64,000 nt of DNA, taken from IMG/VR virus record IMGVR_UViG_3300009709_000001, positions 128,001 through 192,000 of that record; one strand, given 5' to 3'. The DNA is from a virus. Taxonomy: Duplodnaviria > Heunggongvirae > Uroviricota > Caudoviricetes. Position numbers and translations under genes: made by a program. Positions 45,372 through 54,969 of this stretch are shown in pieces (position 1 is the first letter of the stretch; each line of letters starts with the position of its first letter). The notes under the pieces were generated by a model. That model searched no databases. It had not been told where the DNA came from and saw nothing but the letters and a program-made list of their open reading frames with translations.

Positions 45372-45446
45372 TGGTGGACCGTAGCGGAGTCGAACCGCTT
45401 TCATCGACGTGCAAGGCCGAGGTAATATCCCGTATACGAACAGCCC
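45372..45446 (-). tRNA. tRNA-Ala(TGC)
   Basis: G3:U70, loop CTTGCAC. Confidence 0.85.
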
Positions 45447-45618
45447 AATAATTTTGGTGGACAATGCAAGAATCGAACTTGCACCTTGCCCCTATGCTAT
45501 TAGGGACTTTCAAATCAGCTGCAGATCATATCCCCAGCTTGTCCAAATTGTCCAAATTGTTGTCCACCGACCGTCGGTGTGGACTCTAGAATGCTCTTGT
45601 GACTGCATTTCCAGGATT

Positions 45619-45695
45619 TGGTGGACACATTGGGGAATCGAACCCCAGACATCCTACTTGCAAGGCAGGCGTTCTCCCAACTGAACTAATGGCCC
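45619..45695 (-). tRNA. tRNA-Ala(TGC)
   Basis: G3:U70, loop CTTGCAA. Confidence 0.85.
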
Positions 45696-45907
45696 ATGAA
45701 ATTGGAGATAAGTGTGGCATATCGGTCGTTCCACAAGCTTTCGCATTACCCCTGCCTCTACTATCATCACCGGCGTGACTACCCTACTGGATGTAATGCA
45801 CTTTACTTACTCCGCTACCTGCTTCCGCGGTAGCATATAACTATTTGCAGTTGCAATTTTGACATAACTATTTAGCTTTGTCAACTGGCTTTGCAACTAC
45901 TTGAAAA

Positions 45908-45997
45908 TGGTGGACCGTAATAGATTTGAACTACTGAAGCTCCTTGGAGCGCCGTCGTCAAATGACGGTGGGTTTGTCCGCTTCCCCTAACGGGTCC
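45908..45997 (-). tRNA. class II-bodied tRNA with TTG (Gln) anticodon
   Basis: CCGTC-ATTTGAC-GACGG, variable arm GCTCC/GGAGC, A73. Confidence 0.6.
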
Positions 45998-46003
45998 GTA
46001 AAA

Positions 46004-46092
46004 TGGCGGGGCCTGATAGATTTGAACTACCGTGATCTTAAAGATAGTCGATTTTGGAGGTCGACCGGGTTCGCCCGCTTCCCTAAGTCCCC
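46004..46092 (-). tRNA. class II-bodied tRNA with CCA (Trp) anticodon in an enlarged loop
   Basis: GTCGA-CCTCCAAAA-TCGAC, long variable arm, G73. Confidence 0.6.
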
Positions 46093-46098
46093 ATTGAT

Positions 46099-46186
46099 TG
46101 GTGTGTACTGAAGGAATCGAACCTCTTGCCTACCTCCCACCTTATTTAGGCCACTGTTTTACAGACAGCGAGCGGGGACAGCACAC
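46099..46186 (-). tRNA. D-arm-less tRNA-Tyr(GTA)
   Basis: GCTGT-CTGTAAA-ACAGT, no D stem, very long variable region, CCA. Confidence 0.65.
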
Positions 46187-46409
46187 ATATATTCATTGTA
46201 AGCACTTCTTACGAAATGCCTATGGTAAAGAACACAAAAATTATCACTTTTATGCTCTTTACCATCCGGTTCTGACTCTCCACGTTATCGCCGCAGATTT
46301 TATACCCCGAACACGCCCTTTTGCCGGATGTTTTTTACAGTGCCCGACGAGGAACTCGTTTCCTCATATTTCACACTTTCCAAACGTTGCCTCTATTACC
46401 AAGGTCAAC

Positions 46410-46438
46410 AAAAAAGCCGCTTAGTTTCCTAGCGGCTT
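46410..46438 (-). terminator. intrinsic terminator (attenuator) at the head of the tRNA array
   Basis: AAGCCGCT-AGGAAACTA-AGCGGC-TTTTTT. Confidence 0.8.
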
Positions 46439-46464
46439 CCTCTTGTAAAAATTCTGGATACTTT

Positions 46465-46620
46465 TTATTTGTGTCCAGACTCCTTATAACAGGAAGCCAT
46501 CCTAATCGGATCTTGGTCGAGATTACTCGCATTAAATCCGAACCAATAACCGGCGCAGATGCGTTCAGCGGTGTTCAACACCTCTGTATGCATTGTCGAT
46601 TTAATGGACGAATTAAACAT
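46465..46620 (-). CDS. putative attenuator leader peptide containing all 20 amino acids
   Basis: MFNSSIKSTMHTEVLNTAERICAGYWFGFNASNLDQDPIRMASCYKESGHK*; its last codons form the 5' arm of an antiterminator hairpin. Confidence 0.65.
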   Translation of the reverse strand: MFNSSIKSTMHTEVLNTAERICAGYWFGFNASNLDQDPIRMASCYKESGHK

Positions 46621-46699
46621 TTCGTAATCCAAAAATTAAGGTTAAGCTACTTTGCACGACACCAATTGTCATACAAGTTTATTTATCATCTAAGCCGCA

Positions 46700-46897
46700 A
46701 GTTTAACAGTTTATAGTTAATCTGTCAAGTAATCAAGTTATCTTCTGAAAACAGATATATCACTTGCGTACATTTATTTATCTTCTGCAAGTTTAACACT
46801 ATTTCAAAACGGTGTCAATCTTGGCAGTTTTTGCAAGATTTGCGTTTAGCAACTCTGCATGTGACTAATTGTATGCTAATTTAGTTAAGGTGTCAAG
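46700..46897 (-). promoter_or_regulatory. three tandem sigma70-type promoters
   Basis: TTGACA-17-TAAACT (about 46700-46728 and 46790-46818) and TTGACA-17-TACAAT (about 46869-46897). Confidence 0.75.
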
Positions 46898-47098
46898 CCC
46901 CAATCTTTTATGCTTGAATGTAAAGTTTTCTTCTGTCATCACCATAAACAGCACACGAAATTATTTATCAGGGAGACCGTATAGACCGGGGCGTATCGTC
47001 GTCGCAGTTGGCACTACGAAACTTTATCTATTGTTAACCCATATAGGCCTGTGATGGTTCTAATTTTGCGCTATATTTATATTAGTTGTCAAATGCAC

Positions 47099-47890
47099 TC
47101 AAACGAGTGATCCGCCAAAAGTTGGAACTGTTTGTGTCGGATGATTTCGTTGCTGAATCGCCGATGTATAAGTTCCAGTGTAGGTATCAGGTATAACGCC
47201 TGCCGTTACTATATTGAGTGTTATTGTAATTGTCAAGACGGTAGCACTACCCGCAGCAGCATTCGCTACCATACTGATTGAATATGTACTTGCCGAGTAA
47301 ACTCCACCGTCATTGGCTGTGAATAATGATACCGAACCTGTACCAATATTCGAGCCGCCAGTGCCCGGATTATTCACAGTACCACCTGATCCTGTTCTGA
47401 AATGACCCTGATCGTAAATGACAATTGTTCCAATGTTAGAAAACATTGTAGCCAAGGTATTATCTGCAACTGTACCGGCACTCTGACTTGGAGAAATTTG
47501 GATACGACCACCATAGAAGAAATAATTCGTCAATGCGGCTGCACTAGCGAAACTCACGGTTAAGGTGTGCGTCCATGTTCTAGGAGAAGTCCAACCAGTA
47601 GTAGATTTTGTTCCACCTGCAGGAGTTGTCAGCGAATACTGGCCTGCATTTCCACAGAAGATTGCAGCCAAATCAGTATTTGGGCTCCATGCAATAGCCG
47701 ATGTCAACAAACTTGTATTCGGTATTCTCGAACCAAGATTCTGTTGGGCAGGGTTTGCTAATGGATCATACCGTGTTTGCAAATCCACACCTGCAACTCG
47801 ATAATTAACAAGGCCGGCAGCATTGTTAGTCACATGCGGTGCAAAAAGGGTATCAAGATCGACACCCCCGGATTGAATATTGGCTGCCAT
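47099..47890 (-). CDS. virion structural or tail-fibre-associated protein
   Basis: Gly/Thr/Ser-rich beta protein next to a tail fibre gene. Confidence 0.6.
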   Translation of the reverse strand: MAANIQSGGVDLDTLFAPHVTNNAAGLVNYRVAGVDLQTRYDPLANPAQQNLGSRIPNTSLLTSAIAWSPNTDLAAIFCGNAGQYSLTTPAGGTKSTTGWTSPRTWTHTLTVSFASAAALTNYFFYGGRIQISPSQSAGTVADNTLATMFSNIGTIVIYDQGHFRTGSGGTVNNPGTGGSNIGTGSVSLFTANDGGVYSASTYSISMVANAAAGSATVLTITITLNIVTAGVIPDTYTGTYTSAIQQRNHPTQTVPTFGGSLV

Positions 47891-49615
47891 TTATTTCGAG
47901 CCTTTGATTAATGCCATGACTTGCTTCATTTGATTTTGCAAGTCTTCGATAACTTTCTGTTGTTCCTGAACTTTCGCCGTTAGAATTGTTGCTAGCTTGC
48001 CGTAATCGATACCAGAAGCTTTACCTTCCGCATCTTTCCCAACAACTTCTGGATATACCTGTTCCATTTCTTCTGCTACGAATCCAAATTCATGAGCCTG
48101 ATAATCTGTACGGTCGTATTCGCGTGGCTTCAAATCTGCAAATTTTGCAAGATAAGGTTTTCCGAGATTTTTAATCTTCTTCTTAACTCTCTTTGTGGAA
48201 GTTGAGTTAAATGTACCGGCAGTCATTGTTCCACTGATTGTCACAGAAGATGGCAATGACAAGGTAATAGCACCTGTACTTGCTGAAGATGTAATCTGAT
48301 TGGCTGTTCCAGCTACCGAAAGAACACCCGTATTACCGATTGTTACATTTCCAGTTGCTCCCGAGACAGAAATTCCCGAACCAGCGATATTACTAAGGAC
48401 TCCAGTATTCGAAATTGATGTTCCCGCAATATTGATACCGGTACCTGCTGTATAGGTTGCAGGACCGCCAAATTGAGAGAATACAATTGAAGTTACACCT
48501 ACAGTAATTGTACCGGTTGTAGTTTGAACCCATTGAGTTCCAGCAAGAGTACCTTGCTGAACATAGACTGCATCACCTGCCTGAATTTCAGTCGAAGGGG
48601 AACCGTTGAAGTCCGTAGCACGAGTCATCACCCAGTTTGCTGTTGCCTGAGTAACGGTATAAATTCCGTTTTGAAGTTGTGTGGTTTGATCCTTAACCAA
48701 TACACGATTGCCGATAACAGGAGTAATGCCACCAATAGATGGAATTGCACCAGTACCAGTTAATGTCGCACCGACTCCGCCGGAACCGTTGTTATAGGTT
48801 GCAGAAAGATTAGAACCATTTGTCGAAGTAACACATGCAGCATGGATTGTTAAACCAGATGCAATATCATCGACATATTGCTTAGTTACTGCACCGAGTG
48901 AATTTACAGGTGCAGCATTCAATATCAGATAACCAAGCATTGTATCACCGGCAACATTTACTGGTGTATATCCTAATGCGGTTGTGATATCAGGGTTTGT
49001 AACCGCAGAAGTTGCTGTTGTCAGCCCTTTTCCGTTAACTGTAATCCGTCTAAATGTGTCTGTTTGTGGCGAAACATTAACAGTTGCCAGCGTTATTGGG
49101 TTTGTGACGTTTGCCGATCCGTCAAAAGTGACAGACCATGTTGCATCACTAGTTGCAGAAATTGTTCTTGTGGTTTTAAGCGCAGATGCGGTTGTTGCAT
49201 TACCCGAGAAATTACCAATAAAGATAGGCGAAGTTACCGATGTGGTAAAGATACCTGCATCGGCATTTACACTTCCAGAAATTACAGCAGTCGCACCATT
49301 TAATGAACCCGACGCTGTTACTGACGACGCGCTAAGGCTTCCTGAAAAAGAACCAGTTGCACCGGTTAACGGTGCAGTAATTGTTGCCGGACCATTAACG
49401 GTCAACGGACCCGAAACTGTTGTGGGGCCGAATTTAGCGTTACCATTAACTTCGAGTGTTGCTGTCGGTGTTAATGTCCCGATGCCTACATTTCCAGAAA
49501 TCCTGGTATTGTTCCTAACATGCAATGTGCCGTCGATGTAGAAATCCATGTCGACTGCAGAATCTACGTTCTGATAAACGACAATACCGTCTTGTATCTT
49601 AATTCTTTGTGCCAT
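47891..49615 (-). CDS. tail fibre with C-terminal intramolecular chaperone (peptidase S74-like)
   Basis: ITVNGKG, AVTKQYVD, RVLVKDQ...QNGIY; STKRVKKKI...GFVAEE...IDYGKL plus coiled coil. Confidence 0.8.
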   Translation of the reverse strand: MAQRIKIQDGIVVYQNVDSAVDMDFYIDGTLHVRNNTRISGNVGIGTLTPTATLEVNGNAKFGPTTVSGPLTVNGPATITAPLTGATGSFSGSLSASSVTASGSLNGATAVISGSVNADAGIFTTSVTSPIFIGNFSGNATTASALKTTRTISATSDATWSVTFDGSANVTNPITLATVNVSPQTDTFRRITVNGKGLTTATSAVTNPDITTALGYTPVNVAGDTMLGYLILNAAPVNSLGAVTKQYVDDIASGLTIHAACVTSTNGSNLSATYNNGSGGVGATLTGTGAIPSIGGITPVIGNRVLVKDQTTQLQNGIYTVTQATANWVMTRATDFNGSPSTEIQAGDAVYVQQGTLAGTQWVQTTTGTITVGVTSIVFSQFGGPATYTAGTGINIAGTSISNTGVLSNIAGSGISVSGATGNVTIGNTGVLSVAGTANQITSSASTGAITLSLPSSVTISGTMTAGTFNSTSTKRVKKKIKNLGKPYLAKFADLKPREYDRTDYQAHEFGFVAEEMEQVYPEVVGKDAEGKASGIDYGKLATILTAKVQEQQKVIEDLQNQMKQVMALIKGSK

Positions 49616-49675
49616 GTGCGGATTACCCTATTCTTCCTATATTTATCTCAATAATTGGTTTATGATACGGCCATA

Positions 49676-49702
49676 AAAATAGGCTACCGAAGTAGCCTAT
49701 TT
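49676..49702 (-). terminator. intrinsic terminator
   Basis: AAATAGGCTAC-TTCG-GTAGCCTATTTTT. Confidence 0.7.
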
Positions 49703-49721
49703 AATTTTCATTAAACCAGGT

Positions 49722-51043
49722 TTATGCTGGTTCGACAATCATCCAAGCAACAACCGATGTATCAGATGCGCTTGACGATAGAATAGTAAACGAAGTACCT
49801 GCTGTTCTTGCCGAAACAACTAGGAATCCAGCAGTTCCACCAACAGATTGTGTTGTAAGGAAAATACGGCTATTTGCAGTAACCGAAGTATTTGAAACCA
49901 CAACAGTTCCAGCTACCAAAGTCGCTACACCCATCTTAGCATTCGAACCTTCCTTAATACGAAGACCAGTACCAACGCGCTGGATCAATAGGTTACCGGT
50001 TGAATCGATACGAATCGATTCAGTAGTACCTGTCGAAATACCGACGCTGTTTGCAGCTGGAAGATACACACCGTTAGCAGGAGCAGTTGAACCAGTGACG
50101 TTAACAGTGGTTGCATGGAATGTACCAGACTGCGTCATTGCTGTGCCAGTAAATGCAATCGTGTTAACAGTATTGCCAGTACGTGTCATCGAGAATACAG
50201 GTGTAGAGCTGGCAAATGTATCATCGTCAACAGCGATGAAGAATGTACTAGAATTGTTAACACGAGTTTCCCAGACACGGTTATTAGCAGTTGCCGAAGT
50301 ATTGACAATTGTCATTTCCGGGAATGTACCAGTGCCGATGTATGTACCAGACGATAGTGCCAGATTCGATGGAGCGGTACCAATGGTTGTCCAGGTAGGT
50401 GCCGATGTAGCATTCGAACGGAGATACTGACCATTGGTACCAACGTTTGCCGAACCGTTTAACGACCATACACCGTTGTTGTTGATACGGAATCTTTCAT
50501 TACGTGTTGTACCATTGCCAGAAGTGAAGAAAATATCACCACCAGTTGGACCACCAGTTGATGTTCCGTTACCAGCGTTCAAGATTAGGTTACCACCAGT
50601 TCCACCTGCCGAACCTGCTGTCAATGTTAAGTTACCACCAGTCGATCCCGAACCTGCTGTAATGGAAATTGCGCCACCGGCAGCGGTTAATTGACCATTG
50701 GTACCCCGCATTGATATTAACTGCACCAGCGACTGTTGCCGGACCACTGAAGTTATCACCAACGCTACCGGCGTTAATCGTAAGGTTACCACCATTACCT
50801 GTACCGCCTGTCTGTGTACCTGCCGAGATTGTTACTGCACCACCGTTTGCGGTTGTCACCGACACACTTGTTACTGTACCGGTACCTGGCGGAGACGCCC
50901 ATGTACCCGAACTTCTAAATTTTAATGAATTTGCAGTGGTATCAAACCACACATCACCGTTAACAACAGTGTATGATCCTATCCAGTCTTACCTAATTTG
51001 AAATAAGGTACACTCGTACCTTTAGCATTGATTGTTACTGACA
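49722..51043 (-). pseudogene. tail fibre gene broken into three frames
   Basis: Start MSVTINAKGTSVPYFKLGKTG at 51043, with frame breaks near 50980 and 50700; Gly-rich GGNLTLTAG repeats. Confidence 0.55.
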
Positions 51044-51160
51044 TAGCCCTCCTGTTCAGGTGTTACCCTGTCTGATTCCCATCAGTCTAGTGCTTGCTCG
51101 TTATTTATCCAGAAATATGAATGTATCAGTTGATAAATAATAGAAACGAGGATTAGTAGA

Positions 51161-52468
51161 ATGCCAAGAATTTCTCTTTGGAATCCTGTAAAAGGTGATG
51201 ACTTCAATTATATCGACAGAGCTGTGGGCGAAGGCCTTAGAATTGCCGGCGACGGTGTTCTAGTTCATATGTATGAAGGTCCGACCACAGATGCAAATGG
51301 TAATACTGATACAAATCTAACTACAATTCAAGATGTGTTGTTTCTAACAAACAACAATCGAAAATATAATCCTAATGTTATCGAACTACGTGGGCATCAT
51401 GTTCCACAGGACGTGAACTACGACTTATCGCAATTTGGTATTTTTCTAAGTTCTGATATGATTCGCATTCAGTTTCATTTTAACGATATGATGGATGCAC
51501 TTGGTAGAAAACTTATTGCTGGCGATGTTCTCGAATTTCCTAGCATGAGAGATAAGCCAATTTTTGATAATGCTGTCGGAATTAACAAATATTATGTCGT
51601 TCAAGATGCACTCTATGCCGCAGGTGGATACGGACAAAAATGGTTCCCACATATTTGGCTTATTCGTGCAAAACAGATGACTGCATCTGTAGAGTTCCAA
51701 GAAATTATCGATCAAGCTTCTACAGGCCAAACTGCTGGCGGTGTTGGTCAAGGTATTGGTGTTATGCCACCTGGATTTACAGATACGGCAGACAATCAAG
51801 GTAACCCAGGATTAGGATGTAACCCGAATATTAAAAACTCACTCGACCTATTTTGCCAGATTATCAAGATTACTGATGAGATTGTTGCTGAGGCGGAAAA
51901 GAATGCCTTCTTCGATCCTAAGTTCTTCGAAAGTTCTAATCTATACATTTACCTCGATGAAAAAGGCTATCCAATCATCGGTAGTAATTATTTCAGTGGT
52001 GACGGTGCCCCACCAAACTGGTCGCCAGATTTAAATCAGGACTTGACACCAGGTGGTCCACTTGTTGGTGCAGGTGTTGCTTTTCCACCAGATATGCAAG
52101 ATGAAGAATATTACCTTCGCCTGGATTATTATCCGGAACGTTTGTTCCAAAAGCAAGGAAACTGCTACAAACTTATCGAGGTAAATGTTTTGAAAATCTG
52201 GACTGCTTACAACCGTGTTCTCGATACCTTTATCGACAATAATAGAGATACTGTTCTTTCCGACGGCACCGTTCTTCCAGAAAAACAAGCTCTTTCACAA
52301 GTGGTTAAACAGAAAGTTGACCTGTACGCGGAAAGAAAGGCTAAGGTACTTTCTGATGAAGCTGCAAGACAAGCGGTTGCAGATCAACGTGCTGCACTTC
52401 GTGGCAATAGTTCAAATACAGGTTCACCAGGTGTTGGCTCAGGCGGTACAGGTGGCTTACCAGGATAA
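51161..52468 (+). CDS. neck/head-closure protein (T4 gp14-like)
   Basis: DLSQFGIF and GDVLEFP; adjacent to gp15-like gene; GATAAATA upstream. Confidence 0.65.
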   Translation: MPRISLWNPVKGDDFNYIDRAVGEGLRIAGDGVLVHMYEGPTTDANGNTDTNLTTIQDVLFLTNNNRKYNPNVIELRGHHVPQDVNYDLSQFGIFLSSDMIRIQFHFNDMMDALGRKLIAGDVLEFPSMRDKPIFDNAVGINKYYVVQDALYAAGGYGQKWFPHIWLIRAKQMTASVEFQEIIDQASTGQTAGGVGQGIGVMPPGFTDTADNQGNPGLGCNPNIKNSLDLFCQIIKITDEIVAEAEKNAFFDPKFFESSNLYIYLDEKGYPIIGSNYFSGDGAPPNWSPDLNQDLTPGGPLVGAGVAFPPDMQDEEYYLRLDYYPERLFQKQGNCYKLIEVNVLKIWTAYNRVLDTFIDNNRDTVLSDGTVLPEKQALSQVVKQKVDLYAERKAKVLSDEAARQAVADQRAALRGNSSNTGSPGVGSGGTGGLPG

Positions 52469-52471
52469 TAA

Positions 52472-53920
52472 ATGGATTTTTTCTACGACGGCCAAGTAAG
52501 GCGCTACCTAGTGCAATTCATGAGAATCTTTTCTGATATTAAGATCAGAAACGGTCCAGATTCCAACGGCCTATATACCATTCAACGAGTTCCAATTATG
52601 TACGGTGATCCATCGTATATGGTCGCACAACTCATCAAGGGTGCTAGTGAAAACACTATGCTCCCATCGCCTATCTTTAGTGCATACATCGATAATATTA
52701 AGATGGCGCCGAAGCGCAGACAAGATACGCAATATGTTGGTAAGATCTCTACAGTAGAAAGAGAGTTTGATAAACTTACAAGTGAATACGGACATGGCCC
52801 GGGTGTCAGACAAGATGTTGAAAGATACATGCCAGTTCCCTACGACTTGACTTTTAAACTCGATTGCTGGACAACTAATGTGACCACAAAGTTACAGATC
52901 ATGGAACAGATTTGCACAATCTTCAATCCATCGATTCAGCTTCAACAGAATAGTAATATCCTTGACTGGACAAGTATTTTTGAAGTTTGGCTCGAAGATG
53001 TAACTTGGACAAATAGATCTATTCCACAAGGAAGCGATGATGTTCGCGATGTTATATCATTTAAGTTCAAAATTGAAGCATGGATTAATCCGCCTGCGAA
53101 ACTCAAGAGAAGCGGACTTATTGCAGAAATTGTTACAAACGTTTTCAATGTCGCAGACGTAGCCGGTATTGAAAAATCATTGCGTCCTGACGAGTATGAT
53201 CCATTCAGAGAATGTCTTGGCGGCATTCCAATTCAGATTGTTACTACCGAAGGTAATTACAAAATTTCTGTTGCGATGAATGCAGGTGTTCAGGAAATTA
53301 CACTTCTAAATGAATGGGGACAAGTGGATCCAGCACTGAGCTGGGAAAGTCTAATACAGAAATACGGGCAAATAACGCCTGAAATTACAAAGATTCGTTT
53401 AAAGCTTGACCCGAACCTAGACGTTAGCGACAGTGACATTATTGGCGGAATTTTGCAGGATCCCGCACGACAGAACGTATTATTCTTTAACCCTGACGTC
53501 GACACTTTACCGCCAAACACAATGCCACCTATCACCAGCATCATCGATCCTAAGGAAGTTGTACCAGGTGATGGTTTACCTATGCCTATTCCAGGACAAC
53601 GTTATCTTCTTACCTCACACGACAGTGCCGGGGAAGAACCTGCAATCCCACCGGGTGTTCCAACAAGCCCATGGGGTTCATCAATTGTTGCCTATCCCAA
53701 CGATATCATTGAATTTAATGGAATTACCTGGGTCGTTGCTTTCGATTCAAGAAATTCTGTCGGAAACAATTATGTCGTAAATAATGAAAACGGTTCTCAG
53801 TATACCTTCAATGGTGAAGACTGGACATACACATACTTCGGTACCTATGCTCCGGGTTATTGGAGAATCGATAACATTATTCAGGCACCAGATGGAACCA
53901 CAATCAACAACTACGAATAA
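52472..53920 (+). CDS. tail terminator/sheath stabiliser (T4 gp15-like) with C-terminal extension
   Basis: FFYDGQVRRY...F..IFSDI, VPIMYG, PVPYDL and QIMEQI...FNP. Confidence 0.75.
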   Translation: MDFFYDGQVRRYLVQFMRIFSDIKIRNGPDSNGLYTIQRVPIMYGDPSYMVAQLIKGASENTMLPSPIFSAYIDNIKMAPKRRQDTQYVGKISTVEREFDKLTSEYGHGPGVRQDVERYMPVPYDLTFKLDCWTTNVTTKLQIMEQICTIFNPSIQLQQNSNILDWTSIFEVWLEDVTWTNRSIPQGSDDVRDVISFKFKIEAWINPPAKLKRSGLIAEIVTNVFNVADVAGIEKSLRPDEYDPFRECLGGIPIQIVTTEGNYKISVAMNAGVQEITLLNEWGQVDPALSWESLIQKYGQITPEITKIRLKLDPNLDVSDSDIIGGILQDPARQNVLFFNPDVDTLPPNTMPPITSIIDPKEVVPGDGLPMPIPGQRYLLTSHDSAGEEPAIPPGVPTSPWGSSIVAYPNDIIEFNGITWVVAFDSRNSVGNNYVVNNENGSQYTFNGEDWTYTYFGTYAPGYWRIDNIIQAPDGTTINNYE

Positions 53921-54362
53921 TATCCTACCAGACAAAATCGGCGTAGGAACTATTTTCGTATCCACCAAGACCAATAGAGTTCTTTTAAACCTCAGAGCAC
54001 CACATAAGACACACTCGATGTGTTGGTCGCTCTGGGGTGGAATGATGGAAGATGGTGAAAACCCTAAAGAAGCATTACTTCGTGAACTTAGCGAAGAAAT
54101 GGGGTTTGTCCCGGATATTGAAAAAATCTATCCCTTTGATGTATATCAAAGTAAAGATAAGCATTTCAAATACTACAGCTTCGTATCAATTGTAGAAGAA
54201 GAATTTGTTCCTATTCTAAATATAGAGAGCTGTGGTTACTGTTGGATCGACCTTGGGCAATGGCCTAAACCAATGCACCAAGGCGCTAAGATTAGTTTCT
54301 GTAATCTTCGTGCTACAGAAAAAATTAAGATGATATTAACTCAGCATCAAATTAGTGTCTAA
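53892..54362 (+). CDS. NUDIX hydrolase
   Basis: GGMMEDGENPKEALLRELSEEMG Nudix box. Confidence 0.85.
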   Translation: MEPQSTTTNNILPDKIGVGTIFVSTKTNRVLLNLRAPHKTHSMCWSLWGGMMEDGENPKEALLRELSEEMGFVPDIEKIYPFDVYQSKDKHFKYYSFVSIVEEEFVPILNIESCGYCWIDLGQWPKPMHQGAKISFCNLRATEKIKMILTQHQISV

Positions 54363-54968
54363 TTTCAAAGACAACTTCAAAATCCTCACAATCATAGAAC
54401 ATCTGTGGTGTGAGGTTTTTCTTTTCTTAATTAATTCTTCAAAGTTTGAGAAACTTGTGTAATAATCGGGTTCAGCCATTAATGCTGTCCTGACAAGTTC
54501 GACGCAACTTAAAGCATTATCATTTTTCAAATCGAATAGATTATCGTAAGGCTTACCAACTTCTGATTTAGCCTTGACAAGAATTGCTGTCCAGTCATCG
54601 ATCTCCATGTTCTTTGGTTTTAGAAGAACAACAGAATTACAATCGAAAACTTTATCAAACGGTGTGTATTCAACACCAACACCAATGGCTTCAACAATTC
54701 TAAAGTCTGCATCACTTTTTACTTCATCTTCTGCATTCATAAATGCATGAGACCAATAACTCCATTTTCCGGATAATACAAAATTGGCAAAGGAAATCAT
54801 ATATGTCGAAAGATGATTATTACGACGCGAAAGCATAATGTAATAATTTCCTTTGAGCATTGTCCTAATTTCATCTTGTTCACTTGATGTAAGTGTATTC
54901 TTCGGTGCCCAATGAATCTTACCGAGGCCTTCAATAACTTCAATCCAAATTCTTTTAAAGATATTCAT
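54352..54968 (-). CDS. permuted papain-like NlpC/P60 (YiiX/YebB-type) protein; 1-nt frameshift near 54418
   Basis: WSHA, GKPYD and SCVELV; tail NLTPQMFY...EIRH* lies in a shifted frame after an A-run. Confidence 0.65.
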
Positions 54969-54969
54969 T

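Noticed and set aside
3476-46424. Plus-strand ORFs starting at tRNA 3' ends (3476, 7438, 9403, 31510, 31887, 40357, 45409, 46098)
   Set aside because: They are artefacts of translating the reverse complement of tRNA genes.
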